Shown here: positions 12,091-25,549 of the stretch, one piece after another
How positions within the stretch are numbered: position 1 is the stretch's first letter
Layout: every line of letters begins with the position of its first letter
From: the human T2T-CHM13v2.0 reference genome, Homo sapiens
Length of the DNA: 64,000 nucleotides
Strand: one strand, 5' to 3'
Assembly: GCF_009914755.1 (NCBI RefSeq)
Contig: NC_060929.1
The notes under the pieces: generated by a model
Told to the model about the DNA's origin: nothing
Database searches by the model: none
The model's input: the letters and a program-made list of their open reading frames with translations, nothing else
Program-made: the position numbers and the translations under genes

Positions 12091-12858
12091 TTAAGTCCTA
12101 GAGAGGAGATTAGAATAAATAACTTGGTATTTTAAACCTTGAGATTCTACAGCTTGAGTATCCCAGAAAGCTGAGGGTCACTGGGTAAAAATGTGGTACT
12201 GGTGGATTGAGAAGGGTGGGGACTAGTGAAGGAAAGTTGCTCCATTCTCAAGAATTGTGGAGCAAAACTCTTGCTGTCTCTGAACAAAGCTCTATTAGAC
12301 ATGTTGAACTGTACTTCCACACTCATTTGGTACAAAATCTAATAATAGAATTATAGGGGAAATTCTCTTTCCATTTTATGCTTTGTAAAAACTTAAAAAT
12401 GTTTCCTCTTCCTAAATACTCTGTAAGATCTCTTTTCTAGGTTGTGTACAACATGGATTTGCTAGGCATTTTCCAGGAGTAATTTTTCAACTATAATTAA
12501 GTAAAAGCCTGACAATCAATTGTAAAATAAATCTGGTACTGAGAACTACAATTTGTGGTTCTAATTTTTTTTTGAAATTATTTTGTGTCTAAGACAACTA
12601 GTAAAATAAACATATCTGCTTACATACATAGGTCTCTTCTTACATCGCTGTCAAAATGATGGCATTGGTCTGAGTGTTTTTGCTCTTCAACAATATTACA
12701 GGCATTTGGTCAACGTTCCTACAGGATTTACCTGTGCTGGCTTTGTATCGGTGATTCACGGACACATTCACTGTCTCAAGCTCCTAAGGACTTCCAGGCC
12801 TCTAGCGTGCCTATTTCCCATTCCCCACCACCTCATCACGCATTTCCTTGAAGCACTA

Positions 12859-13230
<372 letters not shown>

Positions 13231-13260
13231 TCATTTTTCTGCCTTTCCTTTCTCTTGCGA

Positions 13261-13465
13261 CAGCAGTTTCCAAATTTAGTGTGCATCAGAATTACCTAGG
13301 GAGCTTGTTAAAAATATGAATTCCAAGGCAGCATCCTTAGGTGTTCCGATGTGATGTTGACAGGGAGAAACCATTTTTAACAAGTTCCCCTTCCCCTAGT
13401 CCGGGTATATATTTATTATTTACTTATTTACACAGGAATTCAATAGATTATGCTTTGAGAAACAA
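13261..13465. mobile_element. MER5A-type DNA transposon
   Basis: CAGTTTCCAAATTTAGTGTGCATCAGAATTACCTAGGGAGCTTGTTAAAAAT...TTTTAACAAGTTCCCC...CTTTGAGAAACA. Confidence 0.7.
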
Positions 13466-13594
13466 TCTCTAAAGGATTCAAAATTGGTATGAGGAGAGAT
13501 GTACACTGTAGTACTTTTCTCATCAGACCTAATAAAATTTGTTGATGATCTACTTCTTTACACTAATGACTGATTAAAGTAAATATGTCTCCCC

Positions 13595-14712
13595 ATCCAT
13601 ATACCTGAAAGTGACCTACAGATTCAATGTAATGTCTATCAAAGTCTCAATCACATTTTTTTCACAGAAATAGAGAAAACAATTCTAAAATTTGTATGAA
13701 AGCACAGAAGACCTTGAGTAGCCAGTCAATCTGTAGCAAAAAACAAAAAACTAAACAAATAAAAAAAACACCATGAAGCTGGAGGCATCACACTACCTGA
13801 CTTCAAATACACTACAAAGCTAGAGTAAACAAATTCAGTATGGTTCTGGCATAAAAACAGACACATAGACCAATGGAACAGAATAGAGAGCCCAGAAATA
13901 AATCCATGCATTTATGGTCAATTGATTTTTGACAAACATTTCAAGAATACATAATGGGGAAAGAACAGCCTCTTCAGTAAACAGTGTTGGGAAAACTGGA
14001 TACCCACACGTAGAAGAATGAAATTAGACCCTTATTTCATATCATAGACAAAAGTAAACTCAAGTGGATTAAAGACTTACATTTAAGACCTAAAACTGTA
14101 AAACTACTGGAAGAAAATGATGCGAAAAGCACACTAAGAAACAAAAAGCTCCTTCACATGGGACTGGACAATGATTTTTTTTAATGTGACCCTGAAAGCA
14201 TGGGCAGCCAAAGCAAAAATAGACAAAAAAGGAGTATATCAAAATAAAAACATCTGCACAAAAAAGGAAATAATCAACAGAATAAAGAGACAGCCTATGG
14301 AATGGGAGAAAACATTTGCAAACCATATATTTGATAAGGGGTTAAATATAAAAAATGTATAAAAAACTCAAACAGCAAGAAAACAAATAACCCTATTTAA
14401 AAATGAGCAAAGGATCTGAATAGACACTTCTCAAAAGTGGACATACAAATAGCCAGCAGGCATATAAAAAATGATCAGCATCACTGATCATCAGGAAATA
14501 GCAAATTAAAGCTACAATGAGATATGACCTCACACCTGTTAGAATGTTTTTAATAGAAAAGGAAAAAAATAACAAGTATGGATGAGAATGTAGTGTAAAG
14601 GGAACCACTGCATACTGTTGATGTTGAATGTGGTTGGTACAGTCATTATGAAAAACAGTACGTAGCATCCTCAAAAAGTTAAAAATTAAAATTAAAAATA
14701 GAACTATCATAT
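13595..14712 (+). mobile_element. L1MA-type ORF2 3' fragment
   Basis: Continuous L1 ORF2 similarity (CTACAGATTCAATG, GCTGGAGGCATCACACTACCTGACTTCAAA, ATAGACCAATGGAACAGAATAGAGAGCCCAGAAATAAATCCA). The reading frame is disrupted. Confidence 0.88.
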
Positions 14713-14899
14713 TTCTACGTCTGTGGATATTTGTTTTTCAGGATTGCAGTGGTTTTCAAACCTAAAGATTCTAAACTCTTTGAAGAATCATAATGGCTCA
14801 CTGATCTGCTTTAATTGCAATGTCCATTCATATGATTTTATTTTTTAATTATTTACTGACAACATTTACTGCCTTAGTGGCAGCAGTTCCTATGTCAGA

Positions 14900-15382
14900 G
14901 CTCAAAGCAGAGAATTAATATTTGTGCACAAGTCAAAGGGATGGGCTCCCAAGATGGACTGCAAACTGGGGTCACAGTCCAGGTCCCAGTGCTGCCCCCA
15001 CGCCATACCCACCTCTTTTTCAGGGCCAGGGATACTGCTGTCATCACCACCAATCTAGACCCGAGTCTTGACCCCCAGCTGCACCTCACCCCACTAGGGG
15101 AGCCAAGGGATCCCAGACTGCCTAAGGCATGTGCTTGCCAGGTCAGATGCTCATTGTGTGCCACTGCCTGCTGCTAGGGTGCCTGCCAGCTTGAACCCAT
15201 GTGGGCTGCACCTTCAGGGGCTCCTCTGCTCATGCAGATGTTCCTTATTCCATAAGCACAAAACTAAAATTATGAAGAATTCAAGAGAGCAACAGGAGAG
15301 CACTAAATCAAGTACGGGGCCCCTTCTGAGAGAAGGGTTGTGTGTAGCTGCACCAGGTTGTGCACCCATGAAACTGGCCCTG
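14900..15382 (-). mobile_element. MER45-family hAT-Tip100 element (left boundary uncertain)
   Basis: Ends ...GGGGCCCCTTCTGAG...TGCACCCATGAAACTGGCCCTG, the reverse of the MER45 terminus CAGGGCCGGCTTCATGGG. Confidence 0.65.
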
Positions 15383-17149
15383 CTGGAAAGAGAAGTGATG
15401 CAGTTCCTGGGAATTAAGTAGATGTGACCATTTATGCTGTCATCTTAGGAGCACAACAGGAAGAGGGACTTCTTTCCTCTGTATTTTACTGTACTCATTT
15501 CTCAAAAATATAGCCCTCAGCATTTCTTCTGATCTTGCAGTGCCAGCAGCTGAAATCTTAATTTATAATTTTCCCTGCATAGCAAATTTGCTACCCCCTT
15601 TTAAAAAAAAATGGTTGTAATTTGTTTTTCTTATTAAGATGAAACCTAATGGATCTGTGATGCTGAGCTATCTCTTATCCACACGCAACACTTGCAGGTA
15701 TTAGCTTTTTTGAGAAAAAAGTATTTCTCCCACATTTCCTGAGCCATACAAAACTATTTTTAAACAATACAGATGCCAGTCATTTGAGTAGAATGGAGGC
15801 TTGTCAGAATTTTCACCAGAACAGAGTTTATTTTCCAGTCAAAAGTCTTGCATCCTGCGAAAATATTTAGTCTGGTGACCTTCACCAGCCTGCCAAGCCC
15901 TGTGACCCAAACTTTTCTGAAATTTCTGTGTTCCTATATTCTGCTTATCATAGTCTCTCCTCTACCTTGCTGTTTTTGCTAACTAGAATAATCATCATTC
16001 CAGCTCAAGCTTATGACTACCTTGGTATTCTGACTTATGGTCTGTTATTTTTGTGATTTAGTTTTTTACATTTAAGGATCTCTCTCCTTCAATTTCTATT
16101 CACAAGCCTAAATCAAAGCACTACATTTTGAGTCCATTTGTGTTCAGCAAACAAGGCATATTTAGAAACATTGAATATATGTTTACAGTTAACTTCTTTT
16201 TCTGTCCAAGTTACCTGGTTTAATGCTGTTTTATCTACCCCTAATTTGTTGTAAAGCATTTTGTTTTGGAAATATTTCCCCAAAGTATGTACACATATAT
16301 CAGTACACATACACACTCTATTTCAGTTCTCCAATACTGAACATTTTCTCTGTGCTCTGACTGCTACAATAAGCACTTGACTGCAAGAGTATACACAAGC
16401 TAAAAAATGCTCACTGCTGAGTTCTCTCATTTTGCCTTCCTACCGTGACTGTGTTTTCCCTTTCTACAGTGAGTGTGTTCTGTATAGTGTCCGTGTTCCT
16501 CAGTCTTTATTTCTGCCAATTATTCTGGGTCTGGTCAAGCACTTTAACAGCTAACAAAATGTTTGGAATTAATAGAGGTGGGCTTGCATCCAAGAATGCA
16601 AGGAAAATATCATGCTGTATTATTTATTTAAGTTGTAAGGCAGCTGGTGTTACCCTCAAAGAAATAGATGTGGAAACAGGGTAAAGCTCAAAAGACAATT
16701 TCTTTCAGGGATTGGTGGAAGCACGGTGACATTAGAACGCATCATAAACATATCTGTAGCATGGGACAATTGACCTGCCTAGAAGACGACTGGGCCAGGA
16801 GCATGACATAATTTCAAGTCAGTTGAAGAAAATAGAAAAGGTATTCAACATCAACATAAAATGCCAGGAATGCTTGGTCTTGACAGCTGTGCTATAACAA
16901 CCTTGTATGACATTAATTAAGTTAGCAATCCTATGTTCCAATATACATCCTCGTTGACAAACAGGGTGTATGTATACAATACAGTAGCATCTTCCTATAA
17001 AACTCATCACTATAAGAACTACTGCTGTTCAATTTAACCTAATTCTAAAATTCTTACTCAGCTAAAATGAGTTATTATATTTAAGTTCATTTCCCATTGT
17101 ACTTTCAAGATTCTTACATACCTATAAAATGATAGTTGGCAACATCATA

Positions 17150-17500
17150 TTTATCAAAACTGAGTAGCTACAATGTTTAAGGCACTGCAGAGACAGAAAG
17201 CTAAGACATACCGTCTCAGTACTCAAGGAGTTTGGAGAAAAGGAAAGAGCCAGTGATCACATACTGAGAACAAAGACCACGTGAGTTCCAAGAATGGAGG
17301 GAATGCTGAGGGCTGAGGTGGTTGGCCAGAGGTGTACAATGGTAGAGGGACTTGGGATGGATGCTAAGTAAGGATTGCACTTCCACAGGGAATGAAGTGA
17401 TGGCAGTTACAATGCAGAGATGCAGAGGAAGGCACACAAATGGGGTTTAGGAAATAGGCTGAAAAGCCTGAATTAATGGAAAGGCTTTCACGGGGCAATG
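17150..17500 (-). mobile_element. L2 fragment
   Basis: TGAGTAGCTACAATG...AGGCACTG...CTCAAGGAGTTT antisense L2 3' pattern. Confidence 0.5.
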
Positions 17501-17511
17501 GTGGGAATGAC

Positions 17512-17860
17512 TGCACCAGTTCAGGAATCACTTGGTTGCATGTGATGGAAACCCAACTTGAACTAGCTTAACAAACACGAGCAAATCAGGATAGCAGTTT
17601 GTCTTACACAATTCAGAACAGAAATCTGGCAGTGAACCTGGAAACATTTGGAACAAGGGACTCTGTCTGTCATCCTGCTCCTCTGGGTTCGTGTTTCATC
17701 TTCTCTTCGGCTCTGCAGACAAGACACATGGTAGAAAACGTGAGCACTGACCCCCCTGAGTGCCACAACTCACAGCTCCAGCAATTCAGAGAGGAGGAGA
17801 ATGGGCATTGTTCTCATTTCTAAAATGAGAAGGACACTGACTGGCCAGGGTATAGGATCA
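17512..17860. mobile_element. Old MaLR/ERVL LTR fragment
   Basis: GGTTGCATGTGATGGAAACCCAACTTGAACTAGCTTAAC terminal motif. Confidence 0.5.
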
Positions 17861-19597
17861 GTTTATTTCCATGAAGACTCTTTTGAGAAGCCCAGAGATT
17901 AACTCAAGGGATGTAGGGTACTTTAGAAAGGGGTGTGGTTCTAAAAAAGGTGTTTGACAAAGAAAATGGTTATACTAAAAATGCATACATATTACATAGA
18001 AAAACAGTATCCATAAACATAGATATTCATTAAAATTTTCAAATGCCATATTTTCCATTTCTTAACCTCCTCAATTTGAAATTACAAATGCTTAAAACCT
18101 GACATCAAAATGTCAACCTGAAATAGAATTGATTCATTCCTGTTATTCTTCCCCAAAAATAGTTAATTTCACCTGCAATTATTAGAACAAAATGCTGAAG
18201 TAGATTTATCTTAAGGACTCACTGATGCTTTGTATTCTTTGTCAGTGTCTCACTATATCCACATTTCTTCCTCCTGCTTGTTTTTCTTTATTGAACTAAA
18301 CCAGCATATCTAATTCTTTTACAAATTAATCTGCTCTTCTTGTTAGAGTGAAACCTTTTTATAATGATAATTGAAAGAAACCCCCAAAGTATAGATTAAC
18401 TATGTTGTATCAGGATTTTATTGTGCATATTGTTTTGAGATCTAACATTTTATCAGTTTCTTATAATAAACCATATTATAAGGAGTAATTACTGCCTTCA
18501 TTCAGAAAAGATTATACAATAGCTTTTGACTTAAATAGGAGCTCTGCATATTTCAATGCTGTAGTGAAAAACTATAGGTAGAAGCATGATAGAAAAACTA
18601 ATATTTGTTCTATGGCATCTCTGACATTTTAAGAGGTATAGGTTCTACAGCCAACATTCCCCTTAAAACAATTTTGATGTTTGTTTCCTGGAACATTCCT
18701 CTTTGCCATATCCAATCCCTTCATCCCAGGTCTGTTACACCATGTACCCCAAAAGCTGAGGCTCAGCCTCCTTGGAAGCAGGAACCTCCTCTGACTCATG
18801 TGGCACTGTATCCCAGTACCTTCAGCAGTGCTGAGGCCAGAGAAGACAATAAGCAAATATTGAATAAATGAACGAATTACATAAAATATTTGTATTCATA
18901 AACAGAGTCAAAACATCCTTCAAGCAAAATGAACAAGGTTAAAATGGAGAGGTCAGTGAGGCAGAGACAAACATCCTATAATTGTTTTCTTCCTTTAAAA
19001 ATGTCCCCTCATATGCATACACAGTAAGTTATTCTTCACATACCAAAGCAGAATAATTCCAAACTCCTTTCATTCCAGTCCTGTTACTGCTTGAGGATAA
19101 AGTTCAGTCTTTAAAGGACAAAGAAGCTTCTTGCCGGGAGTTGGCCAGACAGCTCAGGACACAGCTCTGCAGCCCATTCTGATTGTCCAATGTTTCTTTT
19201 GATAAATAGCATGATTGCACTGCCTGGAAAAGTAATTCCTTCTAGATGCTGGCAACAGTCATTCTGAACCATAAAAACTGTACAAGGAAATGATGAGAGT
19301 GTCAGCAAACTCAATCAGTAGGATGAGATCAGCTTTTATTGGGCTCCTTGGATAACCAGACAGCTCATAGCATGCTCCATGAATCAAATCTGCCCAAGCC
19401 CCAACATCTAGTTTCATACAGCACACCACATGTCCTTCTGCTACCCCAAGACATTGGCCTAATTCGCAGAAATGAAGAGCATATGGTGGGAGGGAGGGAA
19501 ATGGCAGACTCTAGAAGTTTGAGGTATGTATGGGGCAATCCAGGGGGAGATATGCATTAGTAGATATAAAAGGCTAGAGATCAGTGATGACCTAAAT

Positions 19598-19830
19598 CAT
19601 AGCTAACATGTATTAAACACTTGCTAGGCACTGTGCTAAGAGCTTAGCCTATGTGACTTTACTTAGCCCTTGCAACAATTCTTTGATATGCTCTGCTTTA
19701 TTCTTCATTTTACACACAAGGAAAAAGAGCCTAAGTGAGATTAAGCAACTTGTTCATAACTAATAAATGATAGCATTAGAATCTGAGCCACTGTCTTTCT
19801 GAATCCAGAGTCTGTACCCTTAATCCCCAC
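19598..19830 (-). mobile_element. MIR
   Basis: ATAGCTAACATGTATTAAACACTT...GGCACTGTGCTAAG...CATTTTACACACAAGGAAA...CCAGAGTCTGT. Confidence 0.75.
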
Positions 19831-19999
19831 ATACACTGTCCTATAGAAAAAAGTTCTAAGCTGAATCTCCTTTTTCCCTACCTCCCATCACAGCCAGCCT
19901 TCTTATGGCCATTGTTTCTCTACTTTGAATTCAGTTTAATCAGTCTCCAATGACAGCCGTCACTTCCCATCCTCATCACTCCACTGAACCTGCTATGAG

Positions 20000-20420
20000 T
20001 GTACCAGTTAGGATGTTTAGGAATGCAACTAGCAGAATACCCAAACAGAGAGAAGCCTATATAAAAGGGTTGTTTTATTTTTTTCTCCCAGAATAGGAAA
20101 GCCCAAAGCTGAACAGGCCTATGAGTTGTTCAGTAGCTCAATAATGTTATCGAGGACCCAGGCTGTTTCTTTCACCCTACCCTCTTGTACACATTGGCTT
20201 CATCCTCCAGCCTGTTGCCCAGTGATTGCAAGACAGCTGCACTCCCTCAACTGTACCCAAACTGAGGAAAGAAGGAAGGAATAGGAAAATACCACTGCTT
20301 TTGCACTTTTTTCATTATATCAGGCAAGAAATCAGTCATATTTTACCTATGTCTCACTGGAAGTGTGTTTTAGGGCTGTCTGTAGCTGAAAGGGATGCTA
20401 GGAAAGAAACGTGTCTGGCA
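20000..20420. mobile_element. Old ERVL-class LTR (LTR33-like)
   Basis: ATGTTATCGAGGACCCAGGCTGTTTCT...TTGCAAGACAGCTGC; same motif order as the 7.2-7.6 kb copy. Confidence 0.5.
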
Positions 20421-20514
20421 TTTTTATAGTCTCAGTTGTGGGAGGCAGGTTCAAGGATCCAGCAACATTAAAGAAGAGGAAGGGCTCTTGCTCTTTAGAA
20501 GCTTTTGTTTCCTC

Positions 20515-20934
20515 TTGAGTAAGCAAAGAGAAGTGTCTGCCACCTCCCTGCTAATTCAGAGGACTACATATGGTAGAGATTTCTCGTGTTCACCAGCATC
20601 TGTGTCCTTTTCTTCTTCATGGGTTCTACGTTCCTCAGCCCTTTGGAATCTAGAACAACAGAATGTGATCAAGCGGCAGGATCACATAGGTTGAAAGAGT
20701 TAAAAATGGAGGTACCTTCTTCATAACTTCTCCTTTATCCAAATGCAAAAGATTCCGTGGAGGATTAGGGAGTCATAGAGCTTCAAACTGGAAGTAAGCT
20801 GGATCGCTGGATGACAGCATGGAGCACAGCCCCAAATCTACTCTGCTGTGTAACATGGAAAAGGAATATATTATGTTAAGCCACTCAGATGTGAGGGTAG
20901 TTTGTTACCGCAGTTAACCTGACTTGACTAAACA
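20515..20934 (+). mobile_element. MLT1 (J/K/L-type) MaLR LTR
   Basis: 3' end TGTTAAGCCACTCAGATGTGAGGGTAGTTTGTTACCGCAG...TGACTAAACA. Confidence 0.65.
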
Positions 20935-21152
20935 GAACATACATTTTTTGGAAATGAGAAATATCCTATACGTTCAACAAGCAAAAAAGCCTATCCCCTA
21001 CTGCTTCATTAATTTGCAATGTCTTTCAGGTCTCTGTAGGTATCTCAACCCTAGAATAATATAAAGTGTGGAAGAAGAAAAATAGGTTATAACAATGGCA
21101 ATTCAAGTAAAATTGGTTGGGGAAGCCAAGAATTGTAGAAAGAGGATGCAAG

Positions 21153-21685
21153 TCCCATTACTGGGTATATTCCCAAAGGATTATAAATCATGTTGCTATA
21201 AAGACACATGCACACGTATGTTTATTGTGGCACTATTCACAATAGCAAAGACTTGGAACCAACCCAAATGTCCATCAGTGATGGACTGGATTAAGAAAAT
21301 GTGGCACATATACACCATGGAATACCATGCAGCCATAAAAAAGGATGAGTTCATGTCCTTTGCAGGGACATGGATGAAGCTGGAAACCATCATTCTCAGC
21401 AAACTATCACAAGGACAAAAAACCAAACACCACATGTTATCACTCATAGATGGGAATTGAACAATGAGAACACATGGACACAGGAAGGGGAACATCACAC
21501 TCCGGGGACTGTTGTGGGGTGGGGGGATGGGCGAGGGATAGCATTAGGAGATATACCTAATGTAAATGACGAGTTAATGGGTGCAGCACACAAACATGGC
21601 ACAAGTATACATATGTAACAAACCTGCACGTTGTGCACATGTACCCTAGAACTTCAAGTATAATAAAAAAAAGAAAGAAAGAAAG
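21153..21685 (+). mobile_element. 5'-truncated L1PA (about PA4-PA6) 3' end
   Basis: ORF2 C-terminus (PLLGIFPKDYKSCCYKDTCTRMF), G-rich 3'UTR, A/GAAA tail. Degenerate TSD ending TGCAAG on both sides. Confidence 0.93.
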
Positions 21686-23881
21686 AAATGGGTGCAAGAT
21701 GTGTGCCTGGAGAGGGTAGGAAGAGAAATGAACAGAGGAAATCTATTTCACAATTTTTCTCTTCTCCTCTACTCAGCTACCCCTCCCTCTCACATACACA
21801 TTCCTCTCTCTTTTATATTCAGTCTCTGCATATCATTTGCACTTTTTTACTTGTAGATCTTGAAACATTCTTTGGAGTTTTATAAATTCCCTATTAACAT
21901 GAAACTTAAGATTCATGACATAGCCATTAAGAATAATGCCAACCTAGCCTCCCTAGCTAAAGAGATCTTCTATTTGGGAGAAAATGACTGAGGTCTAGAG
22001 CAGGAATTTTCACTTGGTCTGAATTAGGTTTTTGGAAAAAAACACAGAGTCACTCAGGCTAAGTCAAGGTAAGGGGGATAACTATAAAAAGATACAAAAA
22101 CAGAGACTTCCTAGGAATCCACAAACAGAAAAAAAAAAAAAAAACTCCACAAATACAAAAGTTGCACTGGGGACTTCAACAGCAAAATTTCCACATCTTC
22201 TCTTTAATGGCCATACTATTAAAGGATATACTATCAATTACTCTCTACATTTCCTGTTTCTGTTGTTATAGCTTCTTAATTCTCCTGTAATAATAATAAG
22301 CTGTTTCCTCAACATCTACCTAGTAGCATTTTTCTACATTAATACCTCTACTTACTTACTGCTTCTTTCTTTATAACTTCTATTTGTTCATAACCCCCCA
22401 CAGCTCCTATTCTTTCTCATGACATTTATGCATGTATAATTTTATCTTCTCCTCAACTGCACCATCAGCTCCTACTGCTACTTGGCTTAGTCTAGCTCAG
22501 TCGACTATGGACAGGTGGAGGCAGACATTTGTCATACTGCAAATGTCTATCTAGGGCCCAGCGGCCATGGTCCTAACAAATACTGGGATGGACATAACCA
22601 GTGTAACATTTACCGAGCTATTAATTCTCAATAGATAAACTTCACAGACCTGTGTTACGTAGTTTTATCAGTGTTCAAGCTTTCGCTTGTGTGAATAGGC
22701 AAGGCAGCTATATACGCATTCTTTGGCAAATATTCATAGGCATTGGCTAACTTTAGGTTTTGAGCCCTGCTGGGGGACAATATGTATACAACTACATAAG
22801 TATACATAGTTGTACTTTGTAAGTACACATAGTTGTATACATAAAGACCTAAATGAATTACACAGTACACCCTTCTCTTACCACTTTCATCTACTAAGGC
22901 TACCTGTTATGCACTCATCCAACAATTTTTAAAATACAGGTAAATGTCAACTTTTCTTATAAAGTAATATATGCAAATGGAAAATTTCAAATATTATACA
23001 AGAATACTAACAAACTACACGTCTCCCTGACCTCCTACCCAAGGCTCCTATTACCCCTCCCTAAAGGTAGCAACTATGCTTCCATAATTTTTATACAAAC
23101 AAATTCAAATGTAAATGGGAAAAGGTAGCTAAAGGTGAAATAGGGAAGAAAAGCAATCATACTCAATTTATTTGGACAATTGCAGGGGCCTTATGGAGCT
23201 GAAGAGTGGGCTCCTTTTCTTCCTCTAAGAGGCCTAATGAGTCTCACTGTCTTGCTAGAAACCTCAGAGGGAAAATTCCACAATGCAGAACTGATTGCCT
23301 CCATCAGATCCGAGTGAAAGTTCTTTGTGCAAGTCAGATAGCACCTTTTAGGCGGTCGCCAAAATATACAAGAATTGGTGGGTAAAAGCTAGCTGGTGTC
23401 AAAGACCAGATTTTATGTCCCATTAAATAAGACTGCTGCAGGAAGAAAAACCTGTCCATTCAGTAGGAAACTCCCAGATGTTCAGTCTGATAAATTGGAA
23501 TCCCATCTAGCCCTTTTGTCCTCCCACCATCATTTATAAATGTCAGTAAATATTTCTCTCTTCAAATAACAAACATCGAAGGTCTGAGTCAAAATAGATT
23601 TTGTTGCTTCAGGAAATCTCATAAAGTTTGCGATGATGGAGGCAATGCCCACTGCTCTGTTCTTATGATAAAAATCTCTAAAATTACTAAGGACCATCTA
23701 AAACCTCTAAGGGGACCCTGTGTAAGTTTCTTGCCTCCTCATAATTCTCTCTTACCCTTTTAGTCTAGGTAACACACTTCTGTTTGCCTCTCCTGTACTA
23801 AATTCCCAATTCTCCAGTAGTGTCCTGCATTGCCCCACAAGAGAAAGTTAATCTCTTACTTTCAAAATGTAAAAGATGTAG

Positions 23882-24185
23882 GGCCAGGCACGGTGGATCA
23901 CGCCTGCAGTCCCAGCACTTTGGGAGGCCAAGGCAGCCAAATTGCTTGAGATCAAGAGTTTGAGGGCAGCCTGGTCAATATGGCCAAACCCTGTCTCTAC
24001 AAAAAATAAAAAAATTAGCTAGGTGTGGTGGCACGTGCCTGTAGTCCCAGCTACTTGGGAGGCTGAGGCACAAGAATTACTTGAGCCTGGGAGGCAGAGG
24101 TTTCAGTGAGCCAAGACCTTGCCACTGCACTCCACCCTGGGCAACAGAGCAAGACTCTGTCTCAAAAAAGGAAAATATTTAAAAA
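23882..24185 (+). mobile_element. Alu, AluJ-type, full length
   Basis: Diverged dimeric Alu. TSD TAAAAGATGTAG at 23870-23881 / 24186-24197. Confidence 0.92.
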
Positions 24186-24225
24186 TAAAAGATGTAGTTA
24201 ACCCTGCAAAAGCTGATACCATGCC

Positions 24226-24547
<322 letters not shown>

Positions 24548-24577
24548 ACCATGCCACTTCTTAATGATGATCTAGGA

Positions 24578-24788
24578 CATGATTCACCAAACTATAACCC
24601 ACCGGTAAAATCTGGTTGTGTAAATAACACTTTATTGGAAAACAGCCACATTCAATTGTTTACATATTGTCTGTGGCTGCTTTTGCACTACAATGGCAGC
24701 ACTGAGTAGATCTAACAGAAACTATATGGCCCACAAAGCCCCAAATACTTACCATCTGGCCCGTACAGAAAGAGTTTGTTTACCCTTG
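24578..24788. mobile_element. MER58A (hAT-Charlie)
   Basis: TTTATTGGAAAACAGCCAC...TTTACATATTGTCTGTGGCTGCTTTTGCACTACAATGGCAG...TGGCCCACAAAGCC. Confidence 0.85.
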
Positions 24789-24809
24789 ATGTAGGAGGTT
24801 GGATGGGGC

Positions 24810-25549
24810 AATCTATCTTCAATGTACTTTTAGCAAAACACATAAGATTTGACAAACAGTGGCCTTAATGTAAGACTACTGCTTATCTCACCTAAAGTCT
24901 AGAGGTAGGCAGGCCCAGTTGGTTCACAGATTGAACAATGACCTCAGAGACCCTGGATTTTTACCCTCTCCCATTCTGCCATCTTTATCAGATTGATTTA
25001 CCACTTCAGAGTTTCCAGATAGCTACAATAGCCACAAGCATCCTCTTAGGACAGCAACCAAGACAGAAGAAATGGAAAGGGCAAAACAGATATTTTCTTA
25101 TGAAATTCTTTATCATGAAAAAAAAGTTTTCCCAGAAAGCCTTGGTAGAAATTCTCAAATTGTTTTGCATGCATAGCCTTGGACCAATCACAAAGTGTAC
25201 TGAGGTTTGCCATGGTGGGTTTGGAGCCAGGGTTGTCATGCCTGGTTGCATATTAGAATTATCAGCAAAGTAACTAACAAATTAGAAAACATTAACATCT
25301 GTGCCCTATCTCACTCCAATCATGGCAGACTCTTTCAGGTGGTTCCTAGTAGTGGTATTTTTCTTTTCTTTAACTCTTAAGAAGATTCTAATAGGTAACC
25401 AGGAATGAGAACCACCAGTTGAACTAATCATCATTCATTTCCTGGGGCTGAACATGTTTCTACATGAAAAAAAGCAGGGTTTATTGTATGGGAAGAAAAA
25501 GGAACAACTGGGTGGCTTCTGGGTAGGCGATCAATGAAGTTTGTCACAG
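24810..25549. mobile_element. Old ERVL-class LTR (LTR33-like), interrupted by a MER5-type element
   Basis: AAAGTCTAGAGGTAGGCAGG...GACCCTGG...CCAGATAGCTAC, ending ...TTTGTCACA. MER5-like insert at about 25228-25418 (CAGGGTTGTCATGCCTGGTTGCATATTAGAAT...TGAGAACCACCAG). Confidence 0.5.

Noticed and set aside
16470-16680. Plus-strand acceptor/donor pair (tttccctttctacag ... AGG|gtaaag)
   Set aside because: No coding signal and only a moderate donor; such pairs are expected by chance.
22523-22548. Small hairpin AGACATTTG-N8-CAAATGTCT
   Set aside because: A 9-bp stem is expected by chance in 64 kb and is too short for a pre-miRNA.
23340-23362. Possible CTCF site
   Set aside because: Core spacing and bases fit the consensus poorly.
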